A model generated the notes under the pieces. It was given only the letters and a program-made list of their open reading frames with translations, searched no databases and had not been told where the DNA came from. This document shows, piece after piece, positions 37,929 to 46,020 of a DNA stretch of 48,910 bases. A program made the translations under genes and the position numbers. The first letter of the stretch is position 1; every line of letters begins with the position of its first letter. This DNA is from a virus (Duplodnaviria; Caudoviricetes): IMG/VR virus record IMGVR_UViG_3300022221_000012, positions 1 to 48,910 of that record. One strand, written 5' to 3'.

Positions 37929-38797
37929 TAGACGTTACGCCATTCGCTTGCAGCCTCGTCGCTGCGCTTAAATTGCAGCGTGGCTGTCGCAGCCGCACCA
38001 TCTCCGGTTGCATTGCTCAGTACGCGTATCCTGATATTGGTATTTTTTGGCGTTTCGGCCGCAACGTCTTGTGCGGCTTTCCACGTTGCACCTGACTCGC
38101 TGCCGTCATCGTTTCTAAACCGATAACCTTCTTGCTCATACGTGACCGTGATTGGCCGCAAAGCAATCGTAGCGGCCACGTATTCTTCGCTTGCGCCGCC
38201 TGACCACGTAGCCGTGCCGGTCGCGCCCGCTGTGGCCTGCTCGGCATCGGCAAAGCCCATATTCATGCCGTTGCTCGGCGGGTTGTTTGCCATCGTGCCG
38301 CGTAGCGTAGTGCCTGCGGGTATCGCAGCATCGGTAAAGCCCGGCGCACCATCATTGATCGCAAAACGCAGTATCCGGCAGCCGTTTGTTACGGTCGTAA
38401 TTGAAGGCGAAACCGCATTGCCAGCGCCGGTTGTCATCGCTGGCGGTGTAACATCCAGCACTGCTGAATGCACCCCCGCATACGTCGCGCAAATTGCGCC
38501 GATGGTTTGCGTTTGTGTGTGCGTTACCGTGATGCTGCTCGGATCGCCGTCCTGCACCTGCCGATAAAATACTGCGTGCATCGAGTTTGATGCTGCGCCA
38601 GTTGTTGTTTGCGCAACGGCCTGCGTCCAACCGGCCGGTAAAGATATATTACCGACCGTGCCCGTGCCATCGGGCGAGCCGTTGATCTGAATGACGCGCA
38701 CGTCCCCAACGCTTGCTGCTGATAAGTTGACGCTGTGCGATAGTGCAGATGTCGCGTTGAATGTTTCAACCGCAGCGCTAGGGATAGTGATTGGCAT
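37928..38797 (-). CDS. Putative fibre/adhesin protein
   Basis: LPAGWT, SPSITT, ATGTATW, ATIALRP beta domain; C-terminal QEGYRFRNDDGSE. Confidence 0.6.
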   Translation of the reverse strand: MPITIPSAAVETFNATSALSHSVNLSAASVGDVRVIQINGSPDGTGTVGNISLPAGWTQAVAQTTTGAASNSMHAVFYRQVQDGDPSSITVTHTQTQTIGAICATYAGVHSAVLDVTPPAMTTGAGNAVSPSITTVTNGCRILRFAINDGAPGFTDAAIPAGTTLRGTMANNPPSNGMNMGFADAEQATAGATGTATWSGGASEEYVAATIALRPITVTYEQEGYRFRNDDGSESGATWKAAQDVAAETPKNTNIRIRVLSNATGDGAAATATLQFKRSDEAASEWRNV

Positions 38798-38800
38798 TGC

Positions 38801-39208
38801 TTAAACCGCGTTATTGAGCATTTCGTTAAAATTTTCCAAGATCGAATCCCAGTCTTGGTGTGATGCAAACGGACGAATCCCGTTTATCCGAATAACCGCC
38901 AAGTCAGCGATTGATTCACGATCCTCGTTTGTGATGATCGTCTTGATATCCGGCACGCTAAAATCTTGGATGAACTCAAGCGTTTCATTCATGATAAACA
39001 GCACCCAGCCTTTTGGGTCTAACTCGATATCTGGCACGCCGTTCACTTTTAACGCTCGAGCAATGCCTGAAATTAAGTGGGCTTTATCATCACCCTCGCT
39101 ATAGAGTTCAGAAAACAATGCAGGCTGTAGATTGTGTAAATCTTCAAACGCCCGAAGCTCGAAAAACACTGCTATCACTTCGTTTGGTACTGGTATATGT
39201 CCGGCCAT
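38801..39208 (-). CDS. Acidic hypothetical protein, possible fibre assembly chaperone
   Basis: 135 aa inside the fibre block; function inferred from position only. Confidence 0.5.
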   Translation of the reverse strand: MAGHIPVPNEVIAVFFELRAFEDLHNLQPALFSELYSEGDDKAHLISGIARALKVNGVPDIELDPKGWVLFIMNETLEFIQDFSVPDIKTIITNEDRESIADLAVIRINGIRPFASHQDWDSILENFNEMLNNAV

Positions 39209-39444
39209 TAATCTTCTCCACAGCGTGGGTTTTCAATACGATAGTTATGCGCCTCTAGTAGAGCCACATATTCAGATGCGCGCACTTCACGCTGCATGCC
39301 TTCGGCTGCCAGAAGGCTTACTTCAATGTGTTGCCCAAAAGCTGTCGAATAGACCAGCTTTTTATTTTGGACTCCGTGGAAAATTAGCTTGCGACTATTT
39401 GAAGTCGCCGCTTCAATGTCGACTAACCCTGATATCTCAACCAT
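39208..39444 (-). CDS. Small hypothetical protein (78 aa)
   Basis: Start reset to MVEISG after TAAGGAG; the longer ORF-track version overlaps the fibre gene. Confidence 0.6.
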   Translation of the reverse strand: MVEISGLVDIEAATSNSRKLIFHGVQNKKLVYSTAFGQHIEVSLLAAEGMQREVRASEYVALLEAHNYRIENPRCGED

Positions 39445-39478
39445 TTTTATGCTCCTTAATAGATGGGTGTTCGGTGAT

Positions 39479-40936
39479 TTAGTTCGTATCAATCCACAAG
39501 TCATAAAGCACGGGGTTTGACGGTGCTGTAGGGCCAACAGTAATCCGTACCGGCGCTTGCATGCCCTGTATCCTCGTTGAAAAGGCGCTGATAATGGTTG
39601 ATATGGTTGTTTCGTTGCTTCTTTGGACAGTGCGCCCAATGAATAGAGCGCCTGCTTGAAGCCTGAGCGGCATTGAGTTAGGCCTTTGAGCCGCGCCAAC
39701 GCACTGCGCTTGTGTATCAAAAAAGTCCCATCCATCCAGCGCGGCCAACCTGCCCTGATAATCGATATACCACCACTTAGTTGACCACTTACCTGTTGCA
39801 AGTGTTACCGGCGTGCCGGTGTTATTGTCATAAACTGTTGGTGTTGTGTCGGTTTGTGCCGAAACCTTTGTCCATCCGCCAGCGCCATCGCGGTAATATC
39901 TGTCATATGTGCCTGTTTCTGCGGTATTGACGGCCGCTAGTAGCTTTCGCGTTTGTCTGTGCCAGACATAGCCTGCAGTTGTCGCTACTTTCAGCCCAGA
40001 AGGCGAGCTAAGCATCAATGCCGTAAGCGAATCTTCACGCGCTATTGCATTGTGATTGTTTGATTGCTGTGCGAGCCTATCCGCAGAAACGCCTGCTCTA
40101 TGCGGATTATTGACGATATAAAGCGTTCCGCCTTCATTGATCACGTAGCCTAGAGGAAACTGCGTCCTGTAATTAAAATCGTTTGTAGCTGTTACATTAA
40201 CCGAAGGTGATCCGCCATTGTAATCAAGATAAACGTATCTAATTGTATTTACAGGTACGCTCAAGCCTATCTCAACAGGCGCCTCGAACGGGAATAAAGT
40301 GCTTGTATCATCGTCAGTTGCACGGACAAGCCCTTTCAAAATCGACACGTCAATTAAATTGCTGCCGCCTGATGTGATGACTCCACCATCTAAATGCCCT
40401 GCAGAGCTTGTTAGATCCAGCAACGATTGAAGGTCATTATGCGTAGCACCGCCGATTTTCGTTGCGACGATATCACTTGCATTTACTGCCGTTGCAGCTA
40501 CAGACACATTAGCAGCATTGATAACTCGCAAAACACCTGTGGATACTGCGGCCAAAACTAGCGTTCCACCTTCATCAACCAAAATATCATTGCCTGGCGT
40601 GATTCCGGTGTGATCTATCGTATTACCATTTACCACCAATCTGTGATCAGCACCTCTGGCATGTAGAGCAAATATCTTGCCCTGCTGAGCACTAGCCGGA
40701 ATAGTCAGCTCTTGCGTAGCTACGTTATCCATTATGTAACGCACGTTCGACACAGCGGTTTGCGATGCCGTTATGGTCTCCCAATCGGCAGATCCTGCTG
40801 CACCAAGATTAACCCAGCTCGTACCATCACTGAACCAGACAGTACCGGCGTATGTCAGTAGTGCGCTTGGAGAGGTTGCCGCCGAAGGCAGTGCGGCAAC
40901 CTCATGTATCGCAAGATCAGATATGACCAAAGGCAT
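39479..40936 (-). CDS. Putative fibre protein
   Basis: VWFSDGTSW, WETITASQTAVSNVRY, C-terminal ITVGPTAPSNPVLYDLWIDTN. Confidence 0.65.
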   Translation of the reverse strand: MPLVISDLAIHEVAALPSAATSPSALLTYAGTVWFSDGTSWVNLGAAGSADWETITASQTAVSNVRYIMDNVATQELTIPASAQQGKIFALHARGADHRLVVNGNTIDHTGITPGNDILVDEGGTLVLAAVSTGVLRVINAANVSVAATAVNASDIVATKIGGATHNDLQSLLDLTSSAGHLDGGVITSGGSNLIDVSILKGLVRATDDDTSTLFPFEAPVEIGLSVPVNTIRYVYLDYNGGSPSVNVTATNDFNYRTQFPLGYVINEGGTLYIVNNPHRAGVSADRLAQQSNNHNAIAREDSLTALMLSSPSGLKVATTAGYVWHRQTRKLLAAVNTAETGTYDRYYRDGAGGWTKVSAQTDTTPTVYDNNTGTPVTLATGKWSTKWWYIDYQGRLAALDGWDFFDTQAQCVGAAQRPNSMPLRLQAGALFIGRTVQRSNETTISTIISAFSTRIQGMQAPVRITVGPTAPSNPVLYDLWIDTN

Positions 40937-40938
40937 TA

Positions 40939-41643
40939 TTAGCTCGGAATCACATAATCGACCTGCATGCGCGCTGCGCCAACAGTTGCCGAGCTAGCTG
41001 CGTAGGTAGCAATAATTGCTTCGATACCGCCTGCTGCAATGATGTTGGGCGTAACTTCAAATGAAGTTGCAGCCGAGGCTTTAAGATCAGACTGTGTTGT
41101 AGTCATATATTTTGATAGCGTGCCTGAGATACCAATCGATACAGTCGGAGCAGTGCCATCAAACGGAGTGTCCACAATAACCCTGACCTTTAACACTACG
41201 GCATTTGCCGGTAGGTTGAACATAGCAAGCGATGCGGCACTGTCGAATGTCAATGCTGTAGCGTCGGTCACTATCTTGTCTGTACCAGCGGCTACTGTTG
41301 TGTAAGTAAATGTGATTACACCGCCAGCATAAGATGCCACGGTTAGCGCCTGTCCGGTAGTAGGTGCAGTATTCGGCCATACAAGCACCACATCTTCCGT
41401 CATGCCTGTAGATGGCCTGCGAAAACTTAGTGTCCAGTCGTTGCCGGTTTGCGTGGCCCCTGAGTTAAGCTCGAAGTCGTCGCCATATGTTGAAAACAGC
41501 AACGCTGCCACGGCTGCATAAGCAGCATCGGCGGGATCACGCGCCTCTACTACGCCAGCGTTGTTCTTGATGTTTGGGCCACCAAGGCCGATGCGAAACT
41601 TGTTATATACCGTACCTAATAAGTCTGTAAATTTACCGGCCAT
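40939..41643 (-). CDS. Putative decoration/fibre-base protein with a cement-like C-terminal domain
   Basis: FNLPANAVVLKVRVIVDTPFDG..VSIG resembles 29171..29563. Confidence 0.6.
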   Translation of the reverse strand: MAGKFTDLLGTVYNKFRIGLGGPNIKNNAGVVEARDPADAAYAAVAALLFSTYGDDFELNSGATQTGNDWTLSFRRPSTGMTEDVVLVWPNTAPTTGQALTVASYAGGVITFTYTTVAAGTDKIVTDATALTFDSAASLAMFNLPANAVVLKVRVIVDTPFDGTAPTVSIGISGTLSKYMTTTQSDLKASAATSFEVTPNIIAAGGIEAIIATYAASSATVGAARMQVDYVIPS

Positions 41644-41658
41644 TTGTTTAGCCTCCTG

Positions 41659-42078
41659 TTATGTTGAAACATTAAAAATAATTTCGCCGGAACCTTGTGT
41701 AGCGCCTGCGCCTGGGGTGATGGTGATAATAATATCCGTAGATATTGTTAATTCTGCTGCCGGTGAGCTTTCGTATTGCCCTATCTCACTGGGATAATTG
41801 CCATTGATCGGCATAAGTAGCTCTGGATTGCCTGCCGTGCCTAAGCTAAGCGCTGCGCCTACACCATCAAAAGTCTGATCAATTTGAAACAGGACAGATA
41901 CAATCTCGCACGCAAATGGCAAGGTGACTGCGACTCTTGGCGAAGCATCGCCATATGCGAACTGTACCGGATCCAGCGTCAAGACTGTAGATGGCGGGAT
42001 TACGCCAGATGCGCCTTGCCTGCCTACATCGCTTATTATTACAGGCCGGTTGACCTGCTGAACTATTACGCTTCCCAT
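41659..42078 (-). CDS. Putative decoration protein with a cement-like domain
   Basis: VTLPFACEIVSVLFQIDQTFDG..LSLG..GSGEI. Confidence 0.6.
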   Translation of the reverse strand: MGSVIVQQVNRPVIISDVGRQGASGVIPPSTVLTLDPVQFAYGDASPRVAVTLPFACEIVSVLFQIDQTFDGVGAALSLGTAGNPELLMPINGNYPSEIGQYESSPAAELTISTDIIITITPGAGATQGSGEIIFNVST

Positions 42079-42461
42079 GATCTAGTTACCTGCGGTTGAA
42101 TCTTTACCCTGCCGCCTATAATTGGCTCTCTGACCTCGGGCGATCCTGCGCGTATGAGCGTAGCATCATAGACATACTTTGTAATCTCGTGATTGTTTTC
42201 TGGAAATGCCAGCATGTCGTCTGCGCTAATGCTTAACTTTATCCATCCGCTCGTCTCTGGCGTATCTGCAATAAGCCTACCGTTTGATGTTGATAGCTCC
42301 ATCACATAAGCATCATCGCCAATAGCAGCACGCAAGCGCATCATCAGCGTTGATCCAGTAAGATCTACTGGCGCTCCTGTTTCATCGAGTAGCTGTATGC
42401 TTTCATTCCACGTCATCCCGCGAATAGCTTTGTACGACACCTTAGCAAAACTTAATGACAT
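42066..42461 (-). CDS. Putative fibre adaptor (BppU-N-like beta-sandwich)
   Basis: RGMTW..PVDLTG..MRLR..LST..YVYD..GRVKIQPQVTR pattern. Confidence 0.65.
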   Translation of the reverse strand: MSLSFAKVSYKAIRGMTWNESIQLLDETGAPVDLTGSTLMMRLRAAIGDDAYVMELSTSNGRLIADTPETSGWIKLSISADDMLAFPENNHEITKYVYDATLIRAGSPEVREPIIGGRVKIQPQVTRSWEA

Positions 42462-42724
42462 TACGGCTCATCCTCAATTTTTTGTGTGCCTGAAATATTT
42501 TTAATGCCTGCCTTGTCTAAATTACATTGGATTAGCTCTTTTTTACGCTCTGCTGCTACCTCTGGGCATTCGGCTAAGCTTCCGTTTGCTATCGGGTGTG
42601 GCACTATTAGCTGATCATCAATAGGCACATAGACTGTCTTGGTCACATAAACGATTTGTGGATCATGAATGCGCGTTGCGCACGCAGATAGAAGCAATGC
42701 TGCAATAAGAATAATTGATCGCAT
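42461..42724 (-). CDS. o-spanin (Rz1-like outer-membrane lipoprotein)
   Basis: MRSIILIAALLLSA-C lipobox; late CN motif; TAATG coupling to the i-spanin gene. Confidence 0.85.
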   Translation of the reverse strand: MRSIILIAALLLSACATRIHDPQIVYVTKTVYVPIDDQLIVPHPIANGSLAECPEVAAERKKELIQCNLDKAGIKNISGTQKIEDEP

Positions 42725-43137
42725 TAGTAATCCTTTAGGTCTGGACATGCTGCATCAAGCGCTAATAAGGCTTCACTGCAGGTTTGATCACGGTCTTTGT
42801 ATCGCCGCTTAAAATTGTATAGATTGGCTTGGGCTTGTAGCTTGGCCTTCTCTGCTTTCTCAAGCGCTACTTTGTTTTCTTTGTCGATCCGCACGGCTTC
42901 GCGCTGCCTGGCTTCTTCTTCTTTGGCGCGCTCTGTTTCGACTTTGGCGTACTTCGTGTTGGCTTCTGATAAAGCATCTATCGTACCTATCTGTGCTGTG
43001 ACTTGTTCTTTAAGTGCAGGCAATTGACACTGGGTAACGAACAGTAGCGCCATGATAGCTATAAACGCCAATGCGCCGCGCCAGCCGAGGAATCCCCAAG
43101 CGGCCTGCATAACTTTTGCTGTGGTGATTGGTTCCAT
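42724..43137 (-). CDS. i-spanin (Rz-like)
   Basis: N-terminal TM, long coiled coil, C-terminal Cys residues; directly upstream of the lipoprotein gene. Confidence 0.8.
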   Translation of the reverse strand: MEPITTAKVMQAAWGFLGWRGALAFIAIMALLFVTQCQLPALKEQVTAQIGTIDALSEANTKYAKVETERAKEEEARQREAVRIDKENKVALEKAEKAKLQAQANLYNFKRRYKDRDQTCSEALLALDAACPDLKDY

Positions 43138-43139
43138 GA

Positions 43140-43853
43140 TTAAGCCTCTTGTGTGGTTTCTGTATAAAAGTCGCCTACCAGCTCCATTTCACCTATAAAG
43201 CCGACCAGCCTTCCTGAGTTATCTTTGATGGCTTTGGCGCTAGACATAACACCAAAGCGCTTTGTTCTCTGGCTGTTTCGCATAATAAATTCTGATTGAA
43301 TGCTCATTTTTTTAATTACTGCGTAGGCCCATTCTTCGCGCACATCGTCGCGCTTTTCTTGATCAATAAATCCAATCCAGCCGTTTTCTTTGACTTCATC
43401 CATAGTAGCGCCAAGCCAGCGAAGGTATGTTGAGCTAACCCATGTGCATTCGCCTTTTGCATTGGCTTCAAAATACGCTTTCGTAGTATCCAAGTCCATG
43501 CTTCTATGTAGCTGGCCTCGCAGCATAATTGAATCAATTGCTGCGCTTTTGCTTAAATCTTTTAGCCTTTCCCCGCCGTTCAACTCTGTCTCTTTCCGAA
43601 CCTCTGTTATGTCTGCCTTTATTTCCGTTATATCCGTTTGCATTTCCTTGAATATCTGCATAAGGCCTGCTGTTTTATGGTCGCCATGGAGGGTTTTGTT
43701 TATGCCTTCCACTGAACAGGCCATTGCCACCCATGATTTCTTAACGAAGAACCCTAGCCAGCCAGCTATTAGCACAATCAATGAACCCAGTATGCCTATT
43801 ACCCATATGGATACGCTCATAAGCTCTTGTGATGTAACAACAATGTTTTCCAT
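43140..43853 (-). CDS. Membrane-anchored PAS-domain protein within the lysis cassette
   Basis: TM WVIGILGSLIVLIAGWLGFFV-KK, coiled coil, then YFEANAKGECTWVS..WLG..GWIGFID..VREEW..EFIMR..IKDNSGRLVGFIG (PAS plus PAC). Confidence 0.85.
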   Translation of the reverse strand: MENIVVTSQELMSVSIWVIGILGSLIVLIAGWLGFFVKKSWVAMACSVEGINKTLHGDHKTAGLMQIFKEMQTDITEIKADITEVRKETELNGGERLKDLSKSAAIDSIMLRGQLHRSMDLDTTKAYFEANAKGECTWVSSTYLRWLGATMDEVKENGWIGFIDQEKRDDVREEWAYAVIKKMSIQSEFIMRNSQRTKRFGVMSSAKAIKDNSGRLVGFIGEMELVGDFYTETTQEA

Positions 43854-44623
43854 TAAGCATCCTTTCCGATGGATTCAACCAGCTTGGCCGTTTCTATGTA
43901 CCTACGCTCAAGGCCTTTATGAACGCTAGTGCCTATCCATATGCTAGGCATTGCTCGATATTGCACTGCCATGCACTGATAATCACGCGCTGGCGCGCAT
44001 ACATTAGCAATTACGGCCATCTGCGTGCGTTTTGTGCCTCTTAGCGAAGCGCCACGATTATAAACTGTGGATACCCAAGCGCCCTGAGCAATAGGGTGAA
44101 GCCCGTCAAACACTTCTTTGCCCATCGCGTTTCTTGCTCGATTGCGGTACGTCCACAATGTAGCGTGATCAAACACCTCAACCGCTATATCCCAATGCAC
44201 GCGCACATCACTGAGCGCGTGCGCTGACTTGGAGCATTCTGCTTGCCCAATGACACCGGAAGTCATCGCAAGTCTGGCGCTTTGTGCGTGGTTGCTCCAA
44301 TCTGCGGCTATTGTGGCTTTCGTTTGATGGCCCCCGTCATAGCCGATAGCCCATGTAGGGCCACTGTGAAGGCCTGGGCATATGATCCCTTGAAGTTTTC
44401 GGTTGTAATAACTCTGTCCGATTACTTCAAAGCTTACGATCAAGTCTCTAGCTAAAGGATGTATAGCTGCTTCGCGCTGTATTTGTGCCGGATCTGGCGT
44501 TGCATTAGCAATTGCCATTCCAATACTGTGAACGGTGCTTGGCTGTGGTTCGTTTGGTTCAGTCTGAGCTGCAGCACAGCAACACAGGACGACAACAAGT
44601 AATAATGATACGGCTGATTTCAT
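43853..44623 (-). CDS. Endolysin, lysozyme-like (GH24/pesticin-type) with an N-terminal export signal
   Basis: LIVSFE, SGPTWAIGYD, AWVSTVYNRG, GLERRYIE; signal-like MKSAVSLLLVVVLCCCAAA; ATGA overlap with the holin stop. Confidence 0.85.
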   Translation of the reverse strand: MKSAVSLLLVVVLCCCAAAQTEPNEPQPSTVHSIGMAIANATPDPAQIQREAAIHPLARDLIVSFEVIGQSYYNRKLQGIICPGLHSGPTWAIGYDGGHQTKATIAADWSNHAQSARLAMTSGVIGQAECSKSAHALSDVRVHWDIAVEVFDHATLWTYRNRARNAMGKEVFDGLHPIAQGAWVSTVYNRGASLRGTKRTQMAVIANVCAPARDYQCMAVQYRAMPSIWIGTSVHKGLERRYIETAKLVESIGKDA

Positions 44624-44985
44624 CGCAAGCCGTACCAAATGAGCGCCAAAACCACAATAAATGCCATTGATCCGGCCATTTCTAATCTGTGTTTGACCAA
44701 AAGCCAGTAATGCTGATCATCTCCGTAAACCTTTTCCAATAGATTATTTTCTTCCTTGTCTGTTAAGTCTCGGAAGTATAATGACTGGCAAAACCAAGCA
44801 AGTCCCATGCAGATAAATGCAAATGAAGCAAATAGCGCTAGCTCGATTAAGCTATTTACGATATCTGCGCCTGAATGCGGATCAATCGCCTTGCCCTGAT
44901 AGTAGAGCACTAGGCCGACCAATACTAGCAGCGCGCCATAGCAGGCTTCGCGGTATGTATCGAACCATTCTTGTAGCTTTTTCAT
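44620..44985 (-). CDS. Putative holin (three TM segments)
   Basis: Three hydrophobic stretches, first gene of the lysis cassette; start MKKLQE after AGGAG. Confidence 0.65.
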   Translation of the reverse strand: MKKLQEWFDTYREACYGALLVLVGLVLYYQGKAIDPHSGADIVNSLIELALFASFAFICMGLAWFCQSLYFRDLTDKEENNLLEKVYGDDQHYWLLVKHRLEMAGSMAFIVVLALIWYGLR

Positions 44986-45010
44986 TGGTTTACTCCTGTG
45001 GTTAGGCATT

Positions 45011-45036
45011 AAAAAAGCCTAGGTTTCCCTAGGCTT
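45011..45036 (-). terminator. Intrinsic terminator directly upstream of the lysis cassette
   Basis: AAGCCTAGG-GAAA-CCTAGGCTT running into a 6-nt U tract on the - strand. Confidence 0.85.
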
Positions 45037-45063
45037 AGTGGTGCAGCTCCCTTCGCGTGGGCG

Positions 45064-45216
45064 CTATTCGATTTTTGAATCTCTAAGCTTAGCTAGTAGC
45101 CAAGGGCTTAACTTCATGCCTTTGGTTTTCGCTTGCTTTTCCCAGCTTTTCTTTAAACTGGCTGGTACTCGAAAGCATATAGTAGCATCATTAGCTGTTT
45201 TTTTTTGCTTTTTCAT
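45064..45216 (-). CDS. Ribbon-helix-helix (CopG/Arc-like) DNA-binding protein, 50 aa
   Basis: Manual translation MKKQKKTANDATICFRVPASLKKSWEKQAKTKGMKLSPWLLAKLRDSKIE*; ATGA overlap with the upstream stop; absent from the ORF track. Confidence 0.75.
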   Translation of the reverse strand: MKKQKKTANDATICFRVPASLKKSWEKQAKTKGMKLSPWLLAKLRDSKIE

Positions 45217-45797
45217 GCTTCTACTACAGTTAAACGAGTGCCAAAATCAAATATCTCGAACCGTAACGATTGCGGCATGTGTGTACGGGCTGCATTGACA
45301 AATAGCGCAATATTCAGTGCTTTACATAGATATTCTTTGTTTTTGCTAACGTATTTCCTGCCTACGCACTCTGTAGCTTCAAGCATGCCAAATACTACTT
45401 GTTCTGCTCGATCTCGGTGTTCTGGCTTGTCTCTGAACTTTAGTATTTTTTCGTTAAAGCAGGCCGTTGCTAGCAGTGGTGCTATTTTCCGCATCGCGTA
45501 CATCTGCGCGTCTGCTTCTGTATTGTGCTGAGTGCCATCCACTTGTGTGCATCCTTCGGCTTTGATCGCGTTTAGACATGACTGCAAAGCTACCATTCTA
45601 AGTGATTGGTTAATCGCAGAGTCGCGCCATTCTGGGCCACGATTGCGCGCTTCTTCAATTGTTTCTTTTAGTGACGAAATTTTCCGCTCTATTGCTGCGC
45701 AAATGTCTTTAATGACTAGCTCGCCTGGCGCTATTGGTGGTGGCACTGGTGATATTTTACTTACCAAATCATCCCAAATCTGATCGTATCTGTTCAT
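45213..45797 (-). CDS. Hypothetical protein (194 aa) co-transcribed with the RHH gene
   Basis: Start reset to MNRYDQ after GAGGA because the longer start lies inside the promoter. Confidence 0.7.
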   Translation of the reverse strand: MNRYDQIWDDLVSKISPVPPPIAPGELVIKDICAAIERKISSLKETIEEARNRGPEWRDSAINQSLRMVALQSCLNAIKAEGCTQVDGTQHNTEADAQMYAMRKIAPLLATACFNEKILKFRDKPEHRDRAEQVVFGMLEATECVGRKYVSKNKEYLCKALNIALFVNAARTHMPQSLRFEIFDFGTRLTVVEA

Positions 45798-45835
45798 ATT
45801 GTCCTCAAGTGATAGGCTTTTATTTAGCCATTCCC

Positions 45836-45878
45836 ATCTTACCAAGGACATATTTGTATTACAAGTGTTTTGTATTAC
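45836..45878 (-). promoter_or_regulatory. Sigma70 promoter overlapped by a GTAATACAAA direct repeat (putative RHH operator)
   Basis: TTGTAA (45864-45859), 17 bp spacer, TAAGAT (45841-45836) with extended -10 TG; repeats at 45853-45862 and 45869-45878. Confidence 0.7.
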
Positions 45879-45888
45879 TTTTAGTTTG

Positions 45889-46020
45889 CTCTAGGCCGCG
45901 CACCACCACACGGACTAGAGCCAGCCTTATTCAGACTGATCGGCATTGCTGCCGATCTTGTTCACGCCTAAGCATCACTTGAGGGTATATGTTTCCGGCA
46001 TAGCCTCACGGCTGGCTTTA
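45889..46020 (-). ncRNA. Putative structured non-coding RNA (multi-branched)
   Basis: Closing stem AGCCAGCC/GGCTGGCT enclosing three hairpins, including GATCGGCA-GCAA-TGCCGATC; family not recognised. Confidence 0.4.

Noticed and set aside
39445-39801. N-terminal 119 aa of ORF-track protein 39208..39801 as a second dual-coding case
   Set aside because: No RBS or motif; a strong TAAGGAG precedes the internal ATG at 39444
7099-44455. Many + strand ORFs antisense to the late genes (e.g. 31283..31948, 43390..43929)
   Set aside because: Fully overlapped by well-supported - strand genes, Ser/Leu/Ala-rich shadow composition and no recognisable motifs
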